Source of the DNA: an uncultured archaeon
GTDB taxonomy: Archaea; EX4484-52; JAADEF01
Direction: 5' to 3'
DNA length: 64,000 nt
Assembly: GCA_964407715.1 (NCBI GenBank)
Contig: CAYOWP010000003.1
Location: forward strand, 1-64,000
Shown here: one piece after another, positions 9,909 through 20,075 of the stretch
Position numbering within the stretch: position 1 is the stretch's first letter
How the letters are laid out: every line of letters begins with the position of its first letter
Notes under the pieces: generated by a model
What the model was told of the DNA's origin: nothing
The model's input: only the letters and a program-made list of their open reading frames with translations
Database searches by the model: none
Made by a program: the position numbers and the translations under genes

Positions 9909-11840
9909 ATGAAAATAGCCATAGTCGGAGATTTTGGAAGTGGAAAGACAACAAAACTTAAAGAGTTATGCAAAAAATATAATATGGAATATCTCTCCCA
10001 TATCAACTTTAAAAAAATGCTATACTCTACAAATTATAAAAATTTTTATTTGATGAACAGATTTTTAAGGGATTATGTAGCTTATATCATCTATAAGAGA
10101 AAAATACACATATATTATAAATCCTATACTGATTTTTTAAATGATCTCTCTGAGCTCTTTATTTTTATATTAAATACACCAATATGGCTTGAAAATATTC
10201 AAACTGCCAATAAAGTTTTCAATGATTTTTTTGAAATTTACAAGCAACTATCCTATTCACTCATAAAGAATAAAATAATTGATACGTATAATTATCTTAA
10301 ATTATTATTAACGCAAAAAGATTTCTCGCATATTAAAGATAACATAGCCATTGATGACTTTGATATGCTATATTTTAAAGAGGCACAAATTGCATCTCAA
10401 CTTCAAAATCTCATGATAAGCATTACAAACAAAGATTTTCTTGAAAAGATGAAATTTAGTGTTGATGATTTTATCATGTTAAAGGAAAGAAAAAAAGAAA
10501 AAATAATAGAAAGTAAAAAGGTTGAAAATAAATATATCTTTATAAAGGATCATCTGAATTTGCCGGATGTGGCATTTATAATAAGTAAGAGGGACAGAAT
10601 AATCATTGAGAAATATATCAACAAAAATACAAATAAGTCAATAATTGATCTCCTAAACTATATTATATATCGAAAATATAATATCTCAAAGGGAGAAACA
10701 AATTCTAAGGAAAAGATTCCTCATTTATATATCAAAATGAAGGAAATCAATGAAACGCTCAATGAAGAGGAAAGCTCAATTTATGAATTTCTCAATACAT
10801 ATGAGAGAATAAAATTTGAAAGTATCGATAATATATTTACCTCTCCATATCACTTAGTAAATAAATATTATAAAACGATATATATCGATAAAAAATATTA
10901 TACTCAGAGCAGAGTTAAGGAAATAAAAAATAAATTATTTCCATATGATTTTTTTACTCCATCTTCTCTGCTTTATGAATTTGAAGACAAATATGACCTA
11001 AAAAAGTTTCTAAATAGCAAGGCTGAAAAGGTTATATTCTTTGAGGAATTTGAACCTAACACATCAAAAATACACGAGGAAGAAAGAGATTACAAGGAAA
11101 TCATAAAATTAAAAGAGAAAAAGATAGATGTAATAAGTTATTCCCAACTCTCCTTATATAACTCATGTCCATACAGATATAAATTGCGATATATCTATGG
11201 ATTAGAAGAAGATATAAAACCTTATTGGATTTTTGGAAATATAATTCATGAAATACTTGAATATGCATTTAAGAACCACATTCCTCTCCAAAAAATAGAA
11301 GATATTTTCCTAGAGCGAATTCAGCAACAAAGTTATATCTTAAAGGACACATATGAATATTATCTAAAAAGAGGTTTAAGCATCCTTAAAAAATTCATAA
11401 AAAAAGAAGAGGAAGAGTTTAAAGATGTGTCAACAATTGATGTCGAGCATCCTGTAAGAATAAAAATAGATGATAAAGAGTTTGTTGGCATAATAGATAG
11501 AATAATAAAGAAAGATGGAGAGATATGCTTAATAGACTATAAAACCTCAAAACCTTCAAACGAAATAGAGACCATAGAAAATGCAAAAAAACAATTGTCA
11601 TTATATGCTTATTTATTAAAAATGCAGCATATATTTCCAAAGAAAGGGTATATCTGGCTCTTATCTCAAGATAAAGTAATTGAGGTTGATTTTGATGATT
11701 CTCTCATAGAAAAAGAAATTAAAAATATAAAGGAAACAATAAATAAAATAGCTAAAGGAGAATTTCCACCAAAACCATCATATCATTGCAAATCATGTAG
11801 TTTCAGAATGATTTGCAAATATTGGAGGTACCATCCATAA
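9909..11840 (+). CDS. AddB/RecB-like protein: degenerate P-loop N-terminus plus PD-(D/E)XK nuclease
   Basis: GDFGSGKT; SYSQLSLYNSCPYRY, GNIIHEILE, GIIDRI, IDYKTS, QLSLYA, CKSCSFRMIC. Confidence 0.8.
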   Translation: MKIAIVGDFGSGKTTKLKELCKKYNMEYLSHINFKKMLYSTNYKNFYLMNRFLRDYVAYIIYKRKIHIYYKSYTDFLNDLSELFIFILNTPIWLENIQTANKVFNDFFEIYKQLSYSLIKNKIIDTYNYLKLLLTQKDFSHIKDNIAIDDFDMLYFKEAQIASQLQNLMISITNKDFLEKMKFSVDDFIMLKERKKEKIIESKKVENKYIFIKDHLNLPDVAFIISKRDRIIIEKYINKNTNKSIIDLLNYIIYRKYNISKGETNSKEKIPHLYIKMKEINETLNEEESSIYEFLNTYERIKFESIDNIFTSPYHLVNKYYKTIYIDKKYYTQSRVKEIKNKLFPYDFFTPSSLLYEFEDKYDLKKFLNSKAEKVIFFEEFEPNTSKIHEEERDYKEIIKLKEKKIDVISYSQLSLYNSCPYRYKLRYIYGLEEDIKPYWIFGNIIHEILEYAFKNHIPLQKIEDIFLERIQQQSYILKDTYEYYLKRGLSILKKFIKKEEEEFKDVSTIDVEHPVRIKIDDKEFVGIIDRIIKKDGEICLIDYKTSKPSNEIETIENAKKQLSLYAYLLKMQHIFPKKGYIWLLSQDKVIEVDFDDSLIEKEIKNIKETINKIAKGEFPPKPSYHCKSCSFRMICKYWRYHP

Positions 11841-11846
11841 AAACAA

Positions 11847-12431
11847 TTATTCTGTTGTAATAACAATAACTGGTATCTTTTTGATGAATTCCTTTTCTTC
11901 CTCTTCTATTTCTCTAATGATTTCCACATCCTCATTAGTAGAACTCTTTTTCTTAAGTTTTTCTTTATCCTCCTTTTCTTTACTCTCCTTATCTGAGGAT
12001 GAAGTATCTCCTTCAGAAAAGCTCTCAATATTAAATGAATAACCATGCGTTAGTTTTAATTCCAACACATCTCCAAAAAATGTTTTTATATATATCAATA
12101 TAACTATCACAGTAAAGAGTATCTGCTCAGCCAAAAACATATAATCTCCAAAAGATGCATTAGAGATTGTCTGGTTCAATATATAAAGGTTATGCAAGCT
12201 CTCATAAATCACATAAAAAACAAAAGAAGAAATTACAAGGAACCAAGGAAGTTTTATTTCCTTTTTAAATAAATATCCGCTTTTATCATTTCCCATGCTA
12301 TATTCAACCTTTGTATACAAAAGAATCGCTATAAAAAACAAATCCATTATAAATGTGTAATAAAATGTTAGATTCTCTATATACTCCCTCAAAAATACAT
12401 AACCCAAAAATAAAAACATTAAATAATACAT
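11847..12431 (-). CDS. Membrane protein with charged C-terminal tail
   Basis: Four hydrophobic segments; last gene of a co-directional cluster. Confidence 0.65.
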   Translation of the reverse strand: MYYLMFLFLGYVFLREYIENLTFYYTFIMDLFFIAILLYTKVEYSMGNDKSGYLFKKEIKLPWFLVISSFVFYVIYESLHNLYILNQTISNASFGDYMFLAEQILFTVIVILIYIKTFFGDVLELKLTHGYSFNIESFSEGDTSSSDKESKEKEDKEKLKKKSSTNEDVEIIREIEEEEKEFIKKIPVIVITTE

Positions 12432-12469
12432 AACTTATTCACCTCCTTAACAAAAATAATCTCTATAAT

Positions 12470-12913
12470 CTATTTTAAGGTACCTTCCTTAATATATAAT
12501 TTATTATCCTTTGAAATTATAAATATCATATACTTAGTTCTTTCATTTTCAATCTTTGATAGATATTTTTCTCCTCTTTTTAAATGGATTTTATAGTACT
12601 CACCTTCCAATTTAATATCTTCAATAATGTTTGAGGGATCGCATATTTTATACTTATTATCATTAAAAACCAAATACGCAAAATCTATATTTCCATACAC
12701 AAGATTAACAATAGCATTAAGATTGTTGCAGGAAATATTATATCCTGAGTATATGACATCAAGGAGAGTGTCCAAAACATAATACTCTTGATAAGAAGGA
12801 ATTTCATTCTCAAAGTTTGAATTCCAAATAACATACAACATTAACCCTAACACAATAAAAGTGGTAATGATATAAAATTGTCCTTTTTTCTTAAAACATA
12901 TCTCTTTGCTCAT
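12470..12913 (-). CDS. Class III signal peptide (pilin-like) protein
   Basis: KKKG|QFYIITTFIV prepilin-type cleavage motif. Confidence 0.7.
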   Translation of the reverse strand: MSKEICFKKKGQFYIITTFIVLGLMLYVIWNSNFENEIPSYQEYYVLDTLLDVIYSGYNISCNNLNAIVNLVYGNIDFAYLVFNDNKYKICDPSNIIEDIKLEGEYYKIHLKRGEKYLSKIENERTKYMIFIISKDNKLYIKEGTLK

Positions 12914-13428
12914 TATTCTATCACCACATATGCAGTCTCATTATTATAAAATATAATATATTGAAGCACAACTTTTTCTAGTGGCTTTGGAAGTAAAAGT
13001 ATATCATACGTGCAAGTTAAGCATCTAAAAAATACCTCAACATAAGTATCATTTACATATCTGTACAAAGAATAATATGCCTCATTTCCTTTACTATCAA
13101 AAAAGGGAAAGACTTCTATAATGTTCCCATTATCTATAACATAAGCATATGGAAATTCAGAAGAGTTAAAAAGAAAATGATCCTTATTAACAATATGCCT
13201 CATAATACCAATCTTGTGAGATATAAATAAATAAGATGTGTTCCCAATGAATATATCCCCTTCCTTTTCAAGAACCTCATAATTATTGTGCAAAGATGCT
13301 CTTTGGGAAGTATCTGAAATAAAGTATATAAAGATAATGAGCAAAATAAATGAAGACAATAAGCTCTCTATAATATGTATTGTCCCTTTTTTATATGACT
13401 TTCCTATAAACATTCCCGCAACCATCAT
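12913..13428 (-). CDS. Class III signal peptide (pilin-like) protein
   Basis: KKG|TIHIIESLLSSFILL. Confidence 0.65.
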   Translation of the reverse strand: MMVAGMFIGKSYKKGTIHIIESLLSSFILLIIFIYFISDTSQRASLHNNYEVLEKEGDIFIGNTSYLFISHKIGIMRHIVNKDHFLFNSSEFPYAYVIDNGNIIEVFPFFDSKGNEAYYSLYRYVNDTYVEVFFRCLTCTYDILLLPKPLEKVVLQYIIFYNNETAYVVIE

Positions 13429-14383
13429 ATCCTTTCACCTCAATATCATATAAAATGGAATCTCTTAAAGGAGATAAGCAAGCATCATCATAAATATAAT
13501 AAAAGCCTACAGGTTGAAATATTTCCTCATCTACACATTTCTCATATTCACTTCCAATAACAAAACTCGCAAATAGATTATATGGCTCTATCTCAACACT
13601 TATATCGAAGGTATTGTTAGATGTATAATTATACACCTTTACCCTCATATATGAATTTGATATCACACATATTTCTGATGATGTCTTTAAACAAAATCCT
13701 TCAAGCGTATCTTCATACACCTTTCCAGTACCATTGATATATGTGGTCTTTCCATCATGATAGATATAATTAAATGGTTCTGTAATATTTAACAAAATGC
13801 TTTTTGAAGAAAAAATAATTATCTGAGGTGCAAAAGGAGGAAAAATTATCTTCTCATTTTTAAATAAATTTTTTAGAATTTTATACCAATCCACATGATT
13901 GTTTTCATAGGCATATGTTGAGTTATACACTTTAAGCACCTCGCTATCATTGTAAAATAAAGAGCCATTAATCAAATCAAATGAAATCAAACTATTATTT
14001 ATATATGCAGAAGAGAACACAATATCGCTTTTGTTGGATAGGTTGCATTTCTTTATTGAATATACCTGAGATGAATTGGCATATACAAAATAAAATTGCT
14101 TTCCTGCATATTTATATCTAGATGCATATGAACTGGATGAGTATAATGGATCCTCAAGCACAACAAAGATTTTATTGCATACTGGAACATAGAGCAAGTA
14201 TCTTTCCTTACAAAGAAGAATAGCTGCAGGATCCTCATTTTTAGAACCTAAATGAAGAGAAGACGGGTAAAGATTCATAAAATTAAAAATTACAAAAAAT
14301 AGAACAGATAAAAAAATCAAACCACTTAAAATCCAGTCCAAAGCAACTCCTGCCTTGAATATAATCTCTTCTATATCCTTCAT
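13391..14383 (-). CDS. Probable class III signal peptide surface protein
   Basis: KAG|VALDWILSGLIFL followed by an N-glycosylation-sequon-rich region. Confidence 0.55.
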   Translation of the reverse strand: MKDIEEIIFKAGVALDWILSGLIFLSVLFFVIFNFMNLYPSSLHLGSKNEDPAAILLCKERYLLYVPVCNKIFVVLEDPLYSSSSYASRYKYAGKQFYFVYANSSQVYSIKKCNLSNKSDIVFSSAYINNSLISFDLINGSLFYNDSEVLKVYNSTYAYENNHVDWYKILKNLFKNEKIIFPPFAPQIIIFSSKSILLNITEPFNYIYHDGKTTYINGTGKVYEDTLEGFCLKTSSEICVISNSYMRVKVYNYTSNNTFDISVEIEPYNLFASFVIGSEYEKCVDEEIFQPVGFYYIYDDACLSPLRDSILYDIEVKGYDGCGNVYRKVI

Positions 14384-17300
14384 GTAGAATCTACCTCATC
14401 CTCCTCTCGAAACATCATTTGCAAATATTTTTTCTCATCAGATATCTTTACTTTATCCTTATGCTCAACTTTTAAATGCATCTTTGGCTCAGTAACTAAT
14501 ATCCTAATAAGGTCCTTCTCTACCTCTTTTAATCTCGTTTTTCCTTTTTTGAATATTGCACATATGATTTCTTTTATCTTGGAATATGCTCTTTCAAAAA
14601 TATTTCTTTTCTCTTTATATGAACTAAGCGCATATCTATATGGAATAGAAGGCTGTTCCTCTATAACTTGTTTTTTCTTCTTACGGAAGAGATGTAACTT
14701 CATATAATTAATAAGGTTAAATCTTATTAATAATTTGTATGCCTCCCTCACAGATTCCAACTCTTTTCTACTTTTTATAAGCTCATCTTGCTGCTTTTCC
14801 ATAATTCTTCTAAATGTTACCTCATCTATTTTACGCTGGAAAAACTGCTTTTCAGTTTCAATCCTACTGCTTATAATAAGGCGTATCCTTCTTTGCAAAT
14901 ATTTTATCTTAAATCCATAATACAACAAAGGAATAAGATAAAAGTATAAAAACATTCCAACCAAACTTCCGATTAAGGCACCTAAAAGTATTCTATTCTT
15001 ATTTCTTATAAAAAAGACTTCCCAATATTTTGATTTTAACATTCTCTCAAGTTTTTGTATTTCATGCGAGAGGTAATCTACATTTGTAGCATATGTTTCA
15101 TAGTCATTTGAATAAAACGCTTGATACGTTTCATTAATTTTCTTTATTATTCTTTCATACAGTTCTTTTTCTTTTTTTAGATTTATCCCTAATCTTTCAT
15201 AAAGCTTCATTTTAGTACTTAAATCTCTAAATAAGTTCAAAGATTTCATAAGGGATTCGTATTTCTCATCATAATCTATTTCCAAATATAGCACGACAGC
15301 TTGTAAGAAATCAACTTTTTTATCCTCTGCAAATATCTGTATCTCATAAGTTTTCCCAACTTCTTGCGAAAGAGGAACAGTAACATTTAATGCAATACTT
15401 TGTGCCTCCCCTTTATCCAAATGAAGCTTCTTAGGAATAACCTCAACTGTACAATTTTCACATGTTGTTCCTACACTAAAAGTAATATCTAATGGGATGT
15501 CTCCTTCATTAATTATATTTCCATCATACACAGAACTTGAATGTCTCTTCATACGCAAAGTATTATCTTTGAACATTATTCTTATCTTTGGTATCTTCTC
15601 AATTTCTGGAAGGGTATAATTAAGATATGGAAATGAAAAAGAACCTCCTGCAGAGGCTCCGCCACCACCTCCTGATCCTCCTCCTCCACCTGAAGTTGTG
15701 GAAGTTGTTGGTGAAGATGTTGAGAGAGATATTGTTTTTTGTAGATATCCCGTATTATTGCGATAGGTTGCATTAACTATTACAAGAGTAGGTGTTGGAC
15801 ATAGAATATTAGAAGATGGTTTAAAACATCCATTATCATCATTATATTCAAGAGAATATAAAGCATCACCACATTTAAATGTTCCATAATCCAATTCGGT
15901 TATAGGATCAAAATTATTCATGTGAGAAATACAAACATCAACATATGAAAGATCCCCTTGAGCATTAAATAATAAATTCTCTAAGGTGACATTCAATTTA
16001 TTTGTAGTTGTAAACTCAAAAATCTTATTGCCTCTATTTTTATAATAAAATAGTGTTATGTTCATATTGTATTGAGATGGTGTCTCATTAAGTGAAATAG
16101 AATAGTTTAAATTATTATAAGTATAAACAAGATTGCTAAAATTACATAAACCAACAACCTCATTGCACTCAATATAATATGATTTATTATGAGATAAGTC
16201 ATCCAAGATAATTGTAGCATTTGTTTTCTCTGTTATAAGTAAACCATTTGATAAATTAAATAATATTTCAAATGATTGTCCTCTATTGTATATCCCAGCC
16301 TCTTTATATATAACCACTATTATTCTATCTACAATTGGTATGTCTCTCACCATAGAAGAAGAGTTTGAATAGTTGCCACCATAATCTTTTACATATAGTA
16401 TGATAGAATAGTTACCAGTCTCATTAAGATATTTTCTTGGAACCTTTATCCAAAAGGTTCCGTTCGCATAATCACCGTAGAATATTGTGAAATCTGAAGA
16501 GGAAATAGAGACATTAGAGAAGATCCCCGAAGGATAAGTGATCTCAACCACTGCCTCTGATATAGCAGTATCGTCACTTGCATTAAACACAATACCTAAT
16601 TCATAATCCACATTAGATGTATTGTAAAGGAAATATTTTCTATTATCTCCAGAATCCCATCCAAAAGCCCACCATGAAAGTGTTGGAGGTTGTGTATCAG
16701 TAGGTTTTAAGATGATGTAGCCAGTATCATTATATATCTTCTCAGAGGTTGCACCATGTAAAACAGATACATTTATTGGCACTATTGTATCATTAATGAT
16801 AGTAGTGGAGGTAAGGTTATAAGGTATTAATAAGCAATTATCATGATAGTTGTAATAGGAAAGGTATTTTACATGTTTTTCTGGAGATTCTGTATAATTA
16901 CCAATAGAGGTAAAGTTGATATATGTAGTATTGGTTATGTTCAAAATGACAGTTACGTTATATAGATCACCATTTTTTGGGCATAGATGAATATAGGATA
17001 AGTTCTTAATCTCATTAGATAAAAATACGTTACCAACTCCTCCCTCTGCACTAAGCACAATCTCTGGTTTTCCAAAGTTCACAAAGAAAGAGCTTTTTAC
17101 TGTGAGATTCTTATCTTTTTGTGTGAAAATTGACTTTAAAGTATATTCTCCTGAGATGTTTATATTAAACAGATAACTTGGAAAGGAATAATTATAACAT
17201 GTATAATTAGAAAGTATTTTTGCAAGATAGAATGTGATTTCATGTATATAATCCGTACCGCTCCCCTCTATGGCAATGAGAATCTTGTTTGTTCTTATAG

Positions 17301-19587
17301 GATTTATAAATGTAAGATTGAGATATTGTGGTGTTGAATTATAGGGAATGTAGATGTTTTGGGTTGATGTATCCTCAGTTTCAACATATTTTCCTTGTTT
17401 TAAATCATAGTAATAAACTCGAAGAATCTCATTGGGGCCATAGGGAGATTCTCCATACAAGCTAATGCCGCTAAAGACATATATATTATCAAATATATAT
17501 GTAAGATTGGCATTTCCTGTAATGTATGTATTGAATGTTGCATATGTCTCTAAATTACCATCATAAGATTGCTCTCCATAATCCACATAGCTTACATTAG
17601 TAATTCCTATAGGAACCTTAAAAACATCTGATTGAGATTCATCAGCATAACACAAGTTCTCGGTAGTTGTGGAAAAGGAATAATAATCTATCTCATCAAT
17701 ATATCCGAATAATGTTCTGTTAATAAAAAGAGATAAATCATGTATAGGGGTAAGATTTCCTACAACACGAATCTCAGCATAGTTATTATCTGTTATATTT
17801 ATGACCTCTTTATTTATAACAAATTTTGGAATTACAATCTCTAAAGGAAATCTTTTTGAAATCATGCTTTTTGTGGTATAGTTAAATGTGTAGTTGTACT
17901 TATAAAGATATGTCAACAAACCTGTTTTATTTGTGGTGATATTAATACGTAACGTTATTGTTGTTCCATTAGTCAAATTGCCCAAGTCAATATAAGGATT
18001 ATCATAACTTATCTCCACATACTTCTTTATGATTCCTGTACCATTATCTATCTCAACAATGATATTATTGTTCATTTTGATTTTTGATGGATCTGAAAAT
18101 GAAAAGTTAAGTGTTGCTGAATGCAAATCTCCATCTAAAACCTTTAAAGTCACATTAAAAAATCCAGTTTGATTGGCAAGAATCCTATAAACTGGAGAGG
18201 ATGCTATTTTAATCAACTTGCCCGGTAAAACATAGAATTTCTTATGCGCTGTTAGAGGAGAAAAGTATGAATTCGTAGAAGCATTATAGTTTTTTAACTT
18301 TACTAAAGCATCAGCATAATAAACACCTGAAGAATTAAGTGGAAGAGATAAAGTATAGTTTACCATAAATATCATATTTTGCTTATCCTCTACAATACCT
18401 TCTAACTCAAAGTTAGAAAGATTATAAAAAAGAGTTTGGTTAACCACTTTTCCACTTTCATTAATTATTTCTCGTGTAATATTAAGATAAACTTCCTCAA
18501 CATCTGTGGCGTTGTTATGTATAACTATCTTCAAATCACTATTATTTCCATAAGGATATATCTCTTTAGATATAAAAATCTCAATATATGGGTTTAGCAC
18601 ATATGTATAATATGCCATAGAATCATTATATTTTCCTGAGTAATCTGAGATATTCGCATAAACCAAGGTTTTTCCAGGAGAAGAAGCATTAACATATAGG
18701 AATATAGGATGATTAAGAGGCGTAGAGAGATTTGGCAATGTCTCCCCTGATCTCACATCACCTACACATACATTCAGGTTAGTTATAGGTGTCAAAATAG
18801 ATTCATTAAAAATCGTAAAATTCCTCCAAACATCAAATGCCCTTCCATTATGCGTGGCATCATTAACATTTCTTATATGTGGAAACAAAGCCAACACATC
18901 TCCCACATAAGCATATGGATATTCTCTTATCCCCAATGTCCAATTAACCTCCTTATTTTTAGTGTATTTGTTCTGAAGAACAAGTTTTGGTGCCAAAATG
19001 TATGTGGAGGTTGAAGGCGAGCCGCATGATCCCCATCCCCACCCCACATTTCTCCAGTAATATAAACTCGCATTAAAATCTATAGAGATATCTCTTTCTT
19101 TGTAGGGTAAGGTATGAACGAAAGAGATATTTAAAAATGTGACTCCTGATGAATCTCCATCAAGATGGTCACAAATAAACTGATCATTTTCGTATGTACA
19201 AGCTCCAATAGAATCTGAAGGGCAATATCCTGCAAAATATTTGCAATCATACCCATTAGTACTACTATTATAATAACACATAGTAATGCATAAAGAATTA
19301 TCGTACAAGGATCTAAACATTATTTTTTTAGGATAGTTCATCTCCTTCAAAGGTAATTTTATCTCATATTTACAATCATTATCACATCCACATCCTCCCT
19401 CATCACTTACTATGCTACTATAATTCACAAATCTTTCTAAAGTATTTGCATCTCCACTCGTGATTTTGTTTGCATCTGTAGAATTAGTTGTTACTTTTAT
19501 ATATTGTGAATATGAAGGAGTTAAAAAAATATAAAGCAGTACAATAAGAATAACCAAACCAAATGGATTAGATAATATCTTACGCAT
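14380..19587 (-). CDS. Giant (1735 aa) membrane-anchored surface protein
   Basis: Signal peptide, many NxS/T sequons, beta-rich region, S/T/G linker (SPTTSTTSGGGGGSGGGGG), C-terminal TM and basic cytoplasmic tail. Confidence 0.8.
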   Translation of the reverse strand: MRKILSNPFGLVILIVLLYIFLTPSYSQYIKVTTNSTDANKITSGDANTLERFVNYSSIVSDEGGCGCDNDCKYEIKLPLKEMNYPKKIMFRSLYDNSLCITMCYYNSSTNGYDCKYFAGYCPSDSIGACTYENDQFICDHLDGDSSGVTFLNISFVHTLPYKERDISIDFNASLYYWRNVGWGWGSCGSPSTSTYILAPKLVLQNKYTKNKEVNWTLGIREYPYAYVGDVLALFPHIRNVNDATHNGRAFDVWRNFTIFNESILTPITNLNVCVGDVRSGETLPNLSTPLNHPIFLYVNASSPGKTLVYANISDYSGKYNDSMAYYTYVLNPYIEIFISKEIYPYGNNSDLKIVIHNNATDVEEVYLNITREIINESGKVVNQTLFYNLSNFELEGIVEDKQNMIFMVNYTLSLPLNSSGVYYADALVKLKNYNASTNSYFSPLTAHKKFYVLPGKLIKIASSPVYRILANQTGFFNVTLKVLDGDLHSATLNFSFSDPSKIKMNNNIIVEIDNGTGIIKKYVEISYDNPYIDLGNLTNGTTITLRINITTNKTGLLTYLYKYNYTFNYTTKSMISKRFPLEIVIPKFVINKEVINITDNNYAEIRVVGNLTPIHDLSLFINRTLFGYIDEIDYYSFSTTTENLCYADESQSDVFKVPIGITNVSYVDYGEQSYDGNLETYATFNTYITGNANLTYIFDNIYVFSGISLYGESPYGPNEILRVYYYDLKQGKYVETEDTSTQNIYIPYNSTPQYLNLTFINPIRTNKILIAIEGSGTDYIHEITFYLAKILSNYTCYNYSFPSYLFNINISGEYTLKSIFTQKDKNLTVKSSFFVNFGKPEIVLSAEGGVGNVFLSNEIKNLSYIHLCPKNGDLYNVTVILNITNTTYINFTSIGNYTESPEKHVKYLSYYNYHDNCLLIPYNLTSTTIINDTIVPINVSVLHGATSEKIYNDTGYIILKPTDTQPPTLSWWAFGWDSGDNRKYFLYNTSNVDYELGIVFNASDDTAISEAVVEITYPSGIFSNVSISSSDFTIFYGDYANGTFWIKVPRKYLNETGNYSIILYVKDYGGNYSNSSSMVRDIPIVDRIIVVIYKEAGIYNRGQSFEILFNLSNGLLITEKTNATIILDDLSHNKSYYIECNEVVGLCNFSNLVYTYNNLNYSISLNETPSQYNMNITLFYYKNRGNKIFEFTTTNKLNVTLENLLFNAQGDLSYVDVCISHMNNFDPITELDYGTFKCGDALYSLEYNDDNGCFKPSSNILCPTPTLVIVNATYRNNTGYLQKTISLSTSSPTTSTTSGGGGGSGGGGGASAGGSFSFPYLNYTLPEIEKIPKIRIMFKDNTLRMKRHSSSVYDGNIINEGDIPLDITFSVGTTCENCTVEVIPKKLHLDKGEAQSIALNVTVPLSQEVGKTYEIQIFAEDKKVDFLQAVVLYLEIDYDEKYESLMKSLNLFRDLSTKMKLYERLGINLKKEKELYERIIKKINETYQAFYSNDYETYATNVDYLSHEIQKLERMLKSKYWEVFFIRNKNRILLGALIGSLVGMFLYFYLIPLLYYGFKIKYLQRRIRLIISSRIETEKQFFQRKIDEVTFRRIMEKQQDELIKSRKELESVREAYKLLIRFNLINYMKLHLFRKKKKQVIEEQPSIPYRYALSSYKEKRNIFERAYSKIKEIICAIFKKGKTRLKEVEKDLIRILVTEPKMHLKVEHKDKVKISDEKKYLQMMFREEDEVDST

Positions 19588-19639
19588 ATAAAATATTTAA
19601 CTCCAAACTTTAATAAAAATTTTGCCTTTCTTTTTCTTC

Positions 19640-19807
19640 TGGAGAAGAAAATCGCTGTTACCAAATACCTTTAGCATGCTATCTTTTTCAATGATTAGCC
19701 GCTGCAATGCTCTCTAATAAGAGTTATGGTTCCCATTAACCATTTATCCTTTTTAAGGTTAGCTGCTGTAATGTAGCGCATTGATAAGGTATGCTTTCCC
19801 TTAACCA
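19640..19807. repeat. Palindromic module array (degenerate, about 1.5 units)
   Basis: AATCGCT...AGCATGCTA...GTTATGGTTCCCATTAACCA; AGGTTAGCTGCT...TTCCCTTAACCA. Confidence 0.75.
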
Positions 19808-19885
19808 TTTTATAAGAAATAATCAACGGAAAGATTAGGAGGCTAATTGCTTCAAAATGTCTTTGTAACAGATGTATCTCTCATT

Positions 19886-20018
19886 AAATCCTCATCAAAA
19901 AATTATTGGACAATTTGTTCACGGGAAATATAGCCATATTCAAAGGGTTAACCGCTCTAATGCGCTTCTTTAAAGGGTTATGTTTCCGCTTAACAATAAA
20001 GAATTATTGGACAATGCC
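19886..20018. mobile_element. MITE, truncated copy (one terminal TIR plus the internal TIR)
   Basis: Colinear with about 8635-8765; ends GAATTATTGGACAATGCC. Confidence 0.8.
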
Positions 20019-20075
20019 ATGATTTTTCAAAATCCAAAAAATTTTAAATTTTTCTAAATAAGATAATATATACTT

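Noticed and set aside
11120-11840. Nuclease domain as Cas4
   Set aside because: It is fused to a long P-loop N-terminus with no CRISPR context; AddB-like fits better
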